DNA of 64,000 nucleotides, taken from positions 1 to 64,000 of the IMG/VR virus record IMGVR_UViG_3300034356_001764; one strand, written 5' to 3'. The notes beneath the pieces are model-generated. The model searched no databases. It was not told where the DNA came from and saw only the letters and a program-made list of their open reading frames with translations. Below, in pieces: positions 9,001-16,900 of this stretch. The stretch comes from a virus. The position numbers and the translations under genes were made by a program. Position 1 is the stretch's first letter; each line of letters begins with the position of its first letter.

Positions 9001-10957
9001 TTAACTGGTTAGTTAAATAAGTTGACATGTAGTAATTATCCTTGTGAGTCTTACCTGTCTCTTGATCAACAACCGTTTTCCATCCTCTTGCCTCTGTTGA
9101 AATGGCTTCTTTCATTAGATTGTTGAACATCTCCTCTCCTGGAGTAAGACTTTCATCCATCATAGACTCAAAGAAGTCATCTTTATTAACTGTTTCAGTT
9201 GACTCTTGAGCTTTTGCTAGTTGTTCTGTGAACTGATTTGGTAAAGCAAAACCCATGTAACTGTTAAATGATCTACTGTTAATAGATATATCTGCAAAGA
9301 TTTTAGTATTGGGAAGCCCTTTAATTAAAGCAAAGTAATCTTGGTAATCATCTGACAATGTGTTAGTTGCCACATCATAATCTTGATAACCTTTCTCTAT
9401 TGCTTCATCACTATAAGTCATTTTGGCCGCATAGTACTTACCATCTTTTCCTGAAGCATTTGTTAATGCATCAGTAATTTGTTGAAATGCTTCTGGTGAG
9501 TTAAGATCTACTGGTTCAAACTCACTATATCCTTCAGCAAAAGTTGTTAGAGAATATGAGAACATTAGTTTATCTGTTTTCTCTAAATAAACTAAATCAT
9601 GCTTTCTTGTATCATTTGATGCCTTGTCAGCCAAGAACTGAGATACATAACCATACTTCTCTTTGTTTGTTAAATTTTTGTTGGTCAAAACAGAAGCAAT
9701 CTTTTTAGTAAGTTCTGCAGTTAAGTTTGGACGGTCAACTTCATATTCAACACCTTTGATTGTAATTACACCTACTCCTTTTTCAAAACCAGAACGTGGA
9801 GATTTAACAACAGATAATGTTCTTATGGCATGATCATTATCTTCTAGTATAATACTGATATTAGATAAGTTTAATGCATTTGGTTTAATCTCACTAATCC
9901 CCTCGCTAACACCAACTATGTCTACTAAAGGTGACTCACCTTTAATAAGCTTTTCTCTAAACTCATAGAGCTCTTTAAATTCATCCTGTTGTCTTTCTTG
10001 TGCTTCTTCTAATGTGATACCTGATTTCTCAGCTAGAATAGCAGGGTCTATAATTTGTTCTGACCTTCCGTAGATATCTGTAACCTTAAACTTATTCCCA
10101 TCCTTTCTAACCTCTCTTAAGAATTGATAAACAAGTCGGCCACCTTCAGCAACTATATCTCCTTGTTCATTAAACTGTAATGGAATACCATCTTTATCAG
10201 AGATAACCATTAGAAATATATTATCTGGTGTTGTTACATAGTCTTGTGCTTTACCTGATCCCTTCAAATAAGCTGCTCTAGTGACCAATCTCTTTGTTGT
10301 CTTATCTAATAGATTCTCATCTACTTCAGATAACCTTACAGGCTTTAACTTAAGTATAGTATCTTGATATACAAGTTCTCTTAATGGAGTATTGTTATTT
10401 GCTTCTTCTCTAATTGCTGCAAGAGTAGAATAAATTGTTCTTCTTCCTGGATCAAAAGTTTCTGTTTGAATATCTTCATTAGGACTCTTAGAAATAAATT
10501 CCTGAAATGTAGTTGACAAAGATGAATATGTCTGATAGTTAAAGGGATCAGCAGGAACTGTATCACTAGTTTTCTCAGCAATATGAAATGCTTTTAATGC
10601 TTTCTTTTCAATAAGTTCTTTCTCAACATCCGGATCTAGCTGTGGTCTAAAAAATTTAATAGTATTATCAATACCATTCTCAGACTTCTTAAACTTTTTA
10701 ATAAGTGGTTTTAATGAGTCTGTTTTAATTTCAAAGTCTTCCAGAGCTGGACGGAAAGATGCAGTTCCAATCATAGATGGAACTTGTTGCATAAACTTAG
10801 CTGCAGTATCTACATCAGAGTTTTTTGCAATCTTATTGAACAAATCCTTCATGTATTGCTCAGGATTGAACGCGTCTCCTTGTTCAACCATGTTTCCATA
10901 CACATTAGAATATAATTTTTTAATCTGAGATTCAGATAAAGCACATTGTATTTTCAT
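1..10957 (-). CDS. Giant virion-packaged DNA-dependent RNA polymerase polyprotein (crAss-like, phi14:2 gp66-type) with zincin domain and C-terminal accessory cassettes; 3' end outside window
   Basis: Not in the ORF track. ATG at 10957 (MKIQCALSESQIKKLY...). Manual translation of large parts finds these motifs in the same frame: zincin HEAWH...EELLAEEF (~8405-8545), EGDGQGFITFD (~5365-5395), RIPVQG...SGADYDVDKL catalytic DxDxD (4055-4069). The frame is still open at position 2. Not every codon was checked. Confidence 0.9.
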   Translation of the reverse strand, partial: MKIQCALSESQIKKLYSNVYGNMVEQGDAFNPEQYMKDLFNKIAKNSDVDTAAKFMQQVPSMIGTASFRPALEDFEIKTDSLKPLIKKFKKSENGIDNTIKFFRPQLDPDVEKELIEKKALKAFHIAEKTSDTVPADPFNYQTYSSLSTTFQEFISKSPNEDIQTETFDPGRRTIYSTLAAIREEANNNTPLRELVYQDTILKLKPVRLSEVDENLLDKTTKRLVTRAAYLKGSGKAQDYVTTPDNIFLMVISDKDGIPLQFNEQGDIVAEGGRLVYQFLREVRKDGNKFKVTDIYGRSEQIIDPAILAEKSGITLEEAQERQQDEFKELYEFREKLIKGESPLVDIVGVSEGISEIKPNALNLSNISIILEDNDHAIRTLSVVKSPRSGFEKGVGVITIKGVEYEVDRPNLTAELTKKIASVLTNKNLTNKEKYGYVSQFLADKASNDTRKHDLVYLEKTDKLMFSYSLTTFAEGYSEFEPVDLNSPEAFQQITDALTNASGKDGKYYAAKMTYSDEAIEKGYQDYDVATNTLSDDYQDYFALIKGLPNTKIFADISINSRSFNSYMGFALPNQFTEQLAKAQESTETVNKDDFFESMMDESLTPGEEMFNNLMKEAISTEARGWKTVVDQETGKTHKDNYYMSTYLTNQLKNNAGRFTKETMQEVLDLYSTFRSPSKTEMEIIQKEFDKAFAPQVTKAKSIEEVQNEINSYIDPKNVPTPESNGAGDVFFLRKGDLPSDVSTEQVEDAKQWWANSPLNKHIGLKQVANIVNSNAYARFIAYGAALNGNLGMIEVAATGNMVDVYHEAWHGFSQLYLTKAEKKALYNEVLRRTGKSLSFFEIEELLAEEFRDYAKNQKTVKDAPKRNSLFRKILDFLKALFGKGSVTNLSEISTVKELFDNLYLGKNLNNYTPLIDNVMFDLLYRNSGIVKPGTETDQVLNRQDSNLLKDSMDSIISGIIDNEVSKRDNKGATLSILLDKRNREPLYNMIKQNLEEKLKGYETQLEETPENEENEYKRDILQNRIRIIQTGLENYGDTKSGLVQYHVENSSYDLVRQKYTALELDEEGNLVEPENAADTERFGDQKNNDKSLIQLAGKETLYILKSLYQAKINKKTGQVEYEYNELGFKKLADFRSTWNNTVRAIGSIQDPQQMYDKLMQESETVPEFKQLVQSKLANPTVFTNNAFEFQATTSFWQDFSKTRVPYIQLTVFKNQTGEKIEYNQFTREEKTVPVYDYDAQVTEASNEVGNIVRMFRENFRANQYNPYVERVGRDNTPMLNLGKVVDSFSSQGKLDVNQSYAFARAIGFNLSDLSIIKNTLKKDNKTIEEFGLPYIFEIIKKLHEKEQLPNTSSTVRSLISNFRENPIEVLSKGIPANIIGATEIVQKNKVIAIASLEARYGTRTSNSMVLNAEKNLVSEFIDNHTISKQVYALNNAKKLSDLWTSDEFKYMSYMDPAINSYTNRLGIIRSLYDLKSPEQSRRTTRSFLLFANSGTQVENEDGFNTTSLDVNGKMIQEMHTMLKDGVQEFMRHASKSSSFGARIEGGVIGLPGKEGGDNKLWVDLDMFGKGTAFDYALKAHLLPYMEAEAERIYRFKINKDEFKKYAGYNRVLSSGRMAGEEFTAFDDVISDSLKKQIYDAIDSAVKNKTLFNLSTFLKADTTGALGVLRGDVKKYFDRQAKENLEMLQESKYISQDLKDRMKIFNLSDDQVEQKLVEAYTYNSWIHNFEMGILFYGDFAQYNHYKEEMHKRNTGATSGGPGFRSDIAARKFVNGYLATTSYAKKQGISAIAYNGTFNTAIIQDVIRDSEYLGQIEKGLRKDYEARYKNAGIPNAEKIINKRLEIELSKYKGMEEGDGQGFITFDAYRTLRHLENAWSNEQEILFQRIAKGDNVTTSEIKEFFPVYKVQNFGNLANTGLPVNAMHKFALAPLIPSVIAGSDLENLHRQMMTKNIQYVTFQTGSKLGSVTSEVNDKGEAVADKIYDDKDQKSLKRDIAFTPNVIYLENLKNVTNVPNKFKNKTVFSTQLRKLILGGMYRNGKIINPKNSVAVKSYEAAVDAYSNILKLELLHEIGYEYNPKTGKYTGNIQDFLDVVQRELERRDLPEHLIQMVGLNRDKSIKTDLSLHLKADDIEKILVSLVEKRLIKQKVKGEALVQVASSMSNGMWDSKLKKATKADILKYMGTNNLPFYNNDTADGKTAAMKVAVALQGDFANLLKLNHLDGQPIATRERLNEMIKDDKWLDLNNNRKAVTISAVRIPVQGINSMEFMEIYEFLDPAAGNIIIPPSEIVAKSGADYDVDKLTTFMPSIDSNGQYVETGLTNDEVLKKVNELSGNERGSKVARALIKKQKAALENRLINTIKGILELPDNYASLVRPNDTYLLKDEIADVIQDDVIEYNRFKNVNSKEYRVNQKGAKVISPTRILEVGYNLHKHDVNTIAKRVLGMIAVENALHPIFNSIGISMPATYKDSVFDQSLGRYVDGKNDYDVRLMLPHNKTQDGRVSLSGTDTVDGMDNIGELFSQMMNGAVDVEKDAWIFFIQGNYEITPMITFLLKAGVPKETAILFASNPIVREYAKQQRIIKGAYSKVTGTIEEDFIATMGKYQAAVNALAKFGIKDGAQKVSQKKYYNAVTKATGASGILNSKGEFDIELMRKIIKNPNEPALRNHMEAMFLHFIELEKSSRGFTTLKFLSNPDTKTSKTLQEVIRRNMSLEDAKQMSKIEEGTVDKLKETVLGTFFDNRLISDLIVPLFPLRNNDTVTNFILKTSTERAGAVAKRFGKGQDGTRNFITQFKNAIPNYIFQNYMSNFVDENGQLTSMPKNFNKMDVVSKVGVKNGAEIIDGKLFVDEAKLRKEYQEGLYYRNNTMPGNYSESGLRGFGTSAIFESEAAYFRYVFERENQRNLYSLESVLENKDFKKMRELTANDKEAYEAYINQRALINAFNRKAIMGIEGQSYTDMVLDMIEEFSQLKGRYPILSQLTIPNIKTGERVLTLNDKAMLKDPQLAEIYFENLKDLADENVKKVTDPTDNKRISKLFGLLPIMSMYQHGIGYSKYGFNEALPYNEFLGVMQSASKLFMEKQLNENTLGNIFELMLDSPNRDFTNFVRDPKTYIAPKPVAQPVEEEVIMDANTPMIEDMLAKAQSAEEASTQPATSVKPTIDTSRQWKGDLESRPVYTAEGVNTMRTSNTNAFENFGNPFSEAGYGGTIKVPSIGAAVVAYKEWLLGTNHKDVKPQQRNWILDQINQGKLDGVTLLYAGKSEARGQGMHPTALAEVVEQLRTTQSSTSVEPTTRKTYSGKVTKLAPNQIFVFGSNPEGRHGAGAAKYAKDNFGAMYGQGEGLQGQSYALPTKDLRVKENNSLKSISPEQIISSIKKLYDLANRGYKEFLVSDYSGTNLNGYTGQEMADMFIAAGPIPNNIVFHENFDKLITTQPSTNVKVISEDYGVVQAETNPSKEETQNFVELIKPQIQAQTYKENKGTFANEMFHYGLMWARNNPKANPVKIQKFEGVNNNYYNYHSLDQKGNQLPSISVLQPIIDKIQNSLGIDMSDYDSVIGNIYLDNQYVYPHKDTTESITARNYPVIVYTIGNDSGLGIVDNNEGRMTFANDYNTIYLPSGDKLKGYTNEVLTKNGSIYTFGMEGNGRFELTHST
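644..667 (-). repeat. 24-nt in-frame linker repeat copy 3 (TTQPSTNV)
   Basis: ACTACTCAACCATCTACTAATGTT on the minus strand, 23/24 match to the consensus of three copies. Confidence 0.9.
1091..1114 (-). repeat. 24-nt in-frame linker repeat copy 2 (TTQSSTSV)
   Basis: ACTACTCAATCATCTACTAGTGTT on the minus strand, 23/24 match to consensus. Confidence 0.9.
1487..1510 (-). repeat. 24-nt in-frame linker repeat copy 1 (STQPATSV)
   Basis: TCTACTCAACCAGCTACTAGTGTT on the minus strand, 22/24 match to consensus. Confidence 0.9.
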
Positions 10958-10960
10958 AGC

Positions 10961-13900
10961 TTAACATTTCAAGTCTTCTAATAACTCAGCATCTAATTCT
11001 TTAATTGTTTTATTAGAAACAGTTTTCTCAAGTTCCGTTAATTGGTCAGGACTATTCAGTATAGTATCAGCTAAATCTGATGACTGAGTAACCATTTCCT
11101 GTTCTTCTTTAGTAACAGGTTCTGTAACTTGTTCTGTTGTATCCATTACTGTATCTTTTAATATAAACATTTCATTTAACTTATCAAAGCCTACAGTCAT
11201 TTCTTCTGTACTTCCCATAGGAGTAACTGTAACAGTTTTCTTTGTTTTATCAACTGACTTGACTACAAGAGTATCATTTGTCATTGCAAACATTTTTGCA
11301 TCATCAAAGATAATCTCTTTTGCTATAACTTGAGTACCTTCTGTTAAACCAATTGGATCAATTTTTACAGTTCCCGCTTTTATTTCTGCAGCTTTTTGTT
11401 TAGCTAATTCAGACATTACTTGCAAATCTTCAAATGCAACAACCTCTTCAGAAACTTTAATGTGTAAGTCTGAAACAATTTGCTGTAGCTCATCCATTGT
11501 TTTAACTTTTGCAATATCTACTTTGAAGTCATTAATTGAATATCTTTTACTATCATCAATTACTTCTACTTTTCTAGAATCACTATCCTGTGTTGGTGAA
11601 TCAACATCATCACTTGACTGTGGATCTTCTGGAATTGTATCAGCAGTAGATATTTGTGTTTTAGATAATGAACCAGGTCCATAAAAAGATTTAGCATCAT
11701 ATATTACATAAAAAGGATCAATCTTTTCATTACCGATTATATGATTAATAACCTTTACACCTTTTACTTCTGGATTTGATTCTTGAAAATCATTGAATAA
11801 GTCTATTGCTGATCCTGGACTATCTTTTAAAGTATTTGTATCATCATATTCAGTTTTTGAACTTCCTCCTACATAACTTCCACCTTGAGGTGTAGACTTA
11901 CCCATTTGAGGATTATTAAACTTAAATCCTTTAGCTACCAGCATGTCATACATTGCTTTTTGAGACATGTTAGCATCTATAACTATAAAGTCAGAATCTT
12001 TAACTTCTCCTTTAATAGGATTTCCATATCTATTAACAAAGAAGGGTGTAGTAGTAGAGGCTGCATTTAAACCATCTCCAAACTGACTTATTTGATCAGT
12101 ACCTCTTTGAAAATTACCAAAATTAAAATCTTGAGCTTTTACATTTGTATGATGATAAACAGTAACAATATTAGAAGCAGTAGTAGAACTACTTTCTAAA
12201 GCAGCTAGTTCTGCATCATATTTAGCATTGATTTTATCAGCTGCATTAGGTTTTTTATTACCAGCTTCTCTTGATTTTTTAATAGCTTCTCTTGCTTGTT
12301 CAACACTTTCAAAAATTAAAGTATTAACTTCTGCCGCTTGAACCATTACCCCATCTTTTTTAATTAGTGGTTTAATAGTTCTTGATACAGGTGATGGTAG
12401 ATCATCTACAGTAACTTCTTCACCTCTTTTTTCTAAATTATTTATCTTTAATTCTATTGCATTAGCTTGTTCTTCTGTAAGAATATCTTTTTCACTATTA
12501 TAAAAATCTATACCTTCTATTATTGTATTCTCTCCGTATTTAACTATATTGTAATCTACTATCTCATAACCTTGTTCTTTTAATTTTGCTTTAGCTTCTG
12601 ATAATTGTTGTTCTTGTTCTTTTGAAAGTAGTGTGCCTTGGTTTTTATTTTGTTCAATATTTACTATTGCATTAGCAACTTGTTCTGGTTTAGTTGCTTC
12701 TGATAAACTATTAAAACCTTTTGTTAATTGCTTTTGACCGAGTTCATTTAATTCTTCTTGTCTTCTTCTTTTTATATCAGCTTTTTTAGATTCTATGTCA
12801 GATACAGTTGTTGTAGCAGGTTTATTTAAAGCATCTAATTCTTCATCATATTTTTTATTAATATTTTTAACATCTTCTATTGCATATACTTTAGTTAGTT
12901 CTGCTTCATTTTTTGGAGTACCATCTTTTTTTAGTTTATATGCTTCTAATTCTTCTTGTCTTCTTTTTTCTATCTTAGCTTTTTGTACTTCTACATCAGA
13001 TGGTTTAGCTTTAGCAGCCTCTTTCTCACTCATCTTACGGAGCTCTTCATTGATCTCAGAAGTTTTATCCTGGAACATTTCTTTCTCTTGTTGAGTAAGG
13101 TCTGTACCATTCTTAACTTTTTCTGCAATCTTAGTGATACGGCCAGCTTTAACTATACCATTGTCAACAAAATTATCATACTCATCAGCAGTAATTTCAT
13201 CTGATACCTTAGCATCATTCTTAGTTCTTGTATTGATAAGTTTTTCAAGGTCTTTAGAGATGATGCTATACTTAGACTTGTTAGTCATATCTTCAGTAGT
13301 AGGATTTTCACTCTCACTAATATCCTTAATCATCTTGTCAAATCTTCTTTTCATTTTCTCAAGGTCTTGAATAGTTTTAAGATCTGCCGTCTTAACCATC
13401 TTGCCTTGATACATGAATTCAAATTCTTCTTTCTCACCAGTTTCTTTAGTAGCTTCATCAAGCTTTTGCTCTTTGTTATAAGTATCAATAAGCCCTTTTG
13501 CAATTGGATCACTTTGAAGAAACTTTTCAAACAAGTTTCTTTCTTGCTCAGGATTCATATTTACATACTCCTCAGAATCCATTTTCTTAATAACTCTTTC
13601 ATTGAACTCTTTATTAAGCTTGTTATACAAAACAGGGGAACGTGTAATAATATCTTCTAATGAAGTAGCTGAAGTAATTGGTTCTAATTCTGAAGTCTTT
13701 TTTTCTTTTTCTTTTTTCTCAACCTCTTCTACTTGCTCAGTATACTGATTGATCCTGTCTTCTTTAAGCTCTTCATATCTTTTTTCAATCTCCTGAGTAT
13801 ATTCTGGGTTAGGTCTTTCTGCAATGATATAAGTTTCTACAGAAGTAAATGTAACTGGTACTGTATCAACTTGAACAAGATCTCCCTCAGCATCATTCTC

Positions 13901-16900
13901 TCTAAGATTACCTTCTTCATCCATGAACAATATGAAATTGTCTTCAGCTCCATAACTTGCTTCAGCATATGTATTTGGTTGTAACTGTTCTTGTACCATT
14001 TTAGCAGTAACTTGACCAGAAGAATTTGGTTCTAGCTTACCTTTAGAAACTTTTGTTTCAATCTGAGGAACATTCTTAAGCTCTGCTTCTTTTTGTGATT
14101 CAAGTTTTTCTAAATCAGCATTAAGAATTTTATCTAATGATGATGGTACTGTTCCACTTTTCTCTGCTTTTAATTGAGCAGCTTGATCAAAAAGCATATA
14201 ATATACATCATAGGCTTCTGTTCCTTCAGGTATAACTAACTTTCTTGCATGATCATAAAATTCTGACGGTGGAATACCTTCATTTTTCCAAGCAGCAAAG
14301 TCATCCATACTAATGTACACACTCTTATTAGCTAATGCATTTAAGAGAGCATTATCTACTACAATATCAAATTGATCTGTTATCATTTTCTGATAGTACT
14401 CACCTCTTCTTGCATAAAGATCTTTCATCCATTTCTGGTTTCTTTCTACAAGGTCAAGAAATCCTGCCGGGTCATGTAATAAGTTAACTCCTTTAATAAG
14501 TGATCTAGCTTCAGAATCTAATTTATGATGATCTGCAAGTAATTCAAAGGCTTCATCAACCTTCTCATCAAACAAGTAATCCTTATTTACATTTGCAACA
14601 GTTTTAAGATACTCTTTAAAAGCTGTTTCATATTCAGATGTTTGTTGAATCTTATTATCATCACTAAACTCTCCAAAGTATTCATCCATTACAGCTTCTA
14701 CTTCTTCATCAGTTACAGGTTCATCACCTTTTTCTTTCTGAAGTACTTCTCTAATTTCTGCAGATCTTTCATATCTGTTAAAGAAATTTGTAAAGCTTAC
14801 TGTAGCCTCACCAAGTTTTTGCATTGCAGCAAGTTTGCTTTCTTTCTTTTTTAATTCTTCTTTAGATGCAGGATCTTTTAATTGCTTAAGAGATTCAATT
14901 TCATTTTTAAGTAGACCAACTTCATTACGTAGTTTATCATTATCAAATATAACTTCTGAGTCTCTTTGAGTTAAACTTTGTAAAGGCTTTTGAGTATTAA
15001 ACTTTTGTATAATATCTCTTTTTCTCTTCATTGTATCTTCAAATGTTTCATTGAAGAATACAGCATTCTTAGTTGCATCTTCCCATGCATTATGCAAAGT
15101 CACAGCATTCTCATACTCAGGAGTTCCTTTTGGAGGAAGATTATCTGGATCAATAGGGTTCCCATACTTCTCTTTGTAAGTTTTATATCTACTATTAATC
15201 TTATCCATTTTATCAATGGTATCATTAATCTTCATTTGATACTTAGCTCCTTCACCTTTAGGTACATTAGGAACAGCATCTTCAAACTCTTCTGGAGTTA
15301 GTTGTTGAAGATCTCTCAGTTTCTCTTGATATGATTCTAAACTACCATTTCTGACAAGTAAGTCCATCTGATTTAATAATGCCTCATGATCAGCATCCAT
15401 TGCTTCTTTTTTACTTCCGGATTCTTTTATTTTAGATATGATATCCTGTTGGCCATAATTAAATATTTTAGCATCTAAGAAATCTTTAACATCAATTCCA
15501 TTTAGATTATTAACTAAGTCTTTTGTTATCTCAAGCTTTTTATCTTTTAACTTTTGGTAGTCTTCCTTATTGAACATTCTATTGAAGCCAACACCAAGAT
15601 ATTCAAAACTTTTATTCAAAGGAGATGCAAATGTTCCCATTACAAAACCAGAAGCAAATGTTTCAAAACCTTGTGCAGAAACTTGTCTTCCTAACTCATC
15701 AGAAAAATAATCATACTTTGATACTGACTTACTATAGTTATGAGACTGAACAGCACCGCTTTTAAAAGTATCTGTATAGTATCTTTCATTAGCACCACCA
15801 ATAACTTCTTGTAAGTTTTCTTGAATACCTTCAGTAAAGTTAGATTTAAAGTATCCAACTGTATTACCTACTGATTTATATATTGGATTCTTTGCCCATC
15901 CTTTTACATAGTTTTTAAAGTTATTTTTCTCAAAGGCAAATTTCTTTTTAGTTTGATCATATACAACCTTACCTAATTTACCAAACTTACCACCAGATAC
16001 TTCTGATAATTCTTTAACAGTTGCTTTAGAAAAGTTTCTTAATCCACCTTTAGGTCCAACAATATTTGGAAATGTAATTAAGTTTGACCCATAGATAAGA
16101 CCTGTGTTCCAATAGAGAGTATTTAAAGATCCTTTCTTGGCTTGTTTCATCATATCATACTGAACTTCATCAGATGGAGATTCATTATTCTTTGCATAGT
16201 ATTCATTGTAGAGATTATCATAAATTGAATTCTCTACCATACCTGCTTCAAGTCTTGATTCAGATAATGCCATATTGATGTTTCTTACATCTCTGTAAAA
16301 TCCACCGGCAGTTTTATATGCACGTCCAAGATTTGTAAAGTTGTCAGCTTGATTTGCTAACTTATATGCATCAAAAGTATTACTTAATGGATTTACTGTT
16401 TTAGCAAAACCTTTACTAGCATTCCAAAATTCTCTAGCTCCTTTTACACTATTAACAGTATCAAGAGTTTTATTGATGGCTTTCATACCATCAGTGGCAA
16501 AATTAATTCCTTTATAAACTGCTTTTCCTACTCTTGCAATATTTGCTGCTGTTCTTGCAAACAAAGCTGGAGCTGCTATTCCTGCTGTACCTACAGTAGC
16601 TAATCCTAAAGCAACTTCTTCTAACACAGCTTCAGTAATAATACCTGCTGAATATGAAAAATTCATCATAGCATTACTTGTAAAAGCACCAAAACCTCCT
16701 TTACTAGACTGACCAATAGCAGCAGCTTCTTCATAAGCCGCAGCATCTTCTAAGTCTGTCCCAGTAAAATCACCAGTAAGCATCTTACCTAATGACTTTG
16801 GCCCTGATATAAAACCTCTTGTAAAGAGCGGAACAAATGAGTTTGTCATCATTCTAGAAAAATCATCCCACTGAGTAGTTCTAGCATTAAACAATGCTTC

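Noticed and set aside
1-10960. Apparent 11-kb ORF desert suggesting stop-codon recoding or non-coding DNA
   Set aside because: It is explained by one standard-code ORF running off the window edge. Other genes are full length under the standard code and the stops checked are TAA or TGA, so there is no evidence of reassignment.
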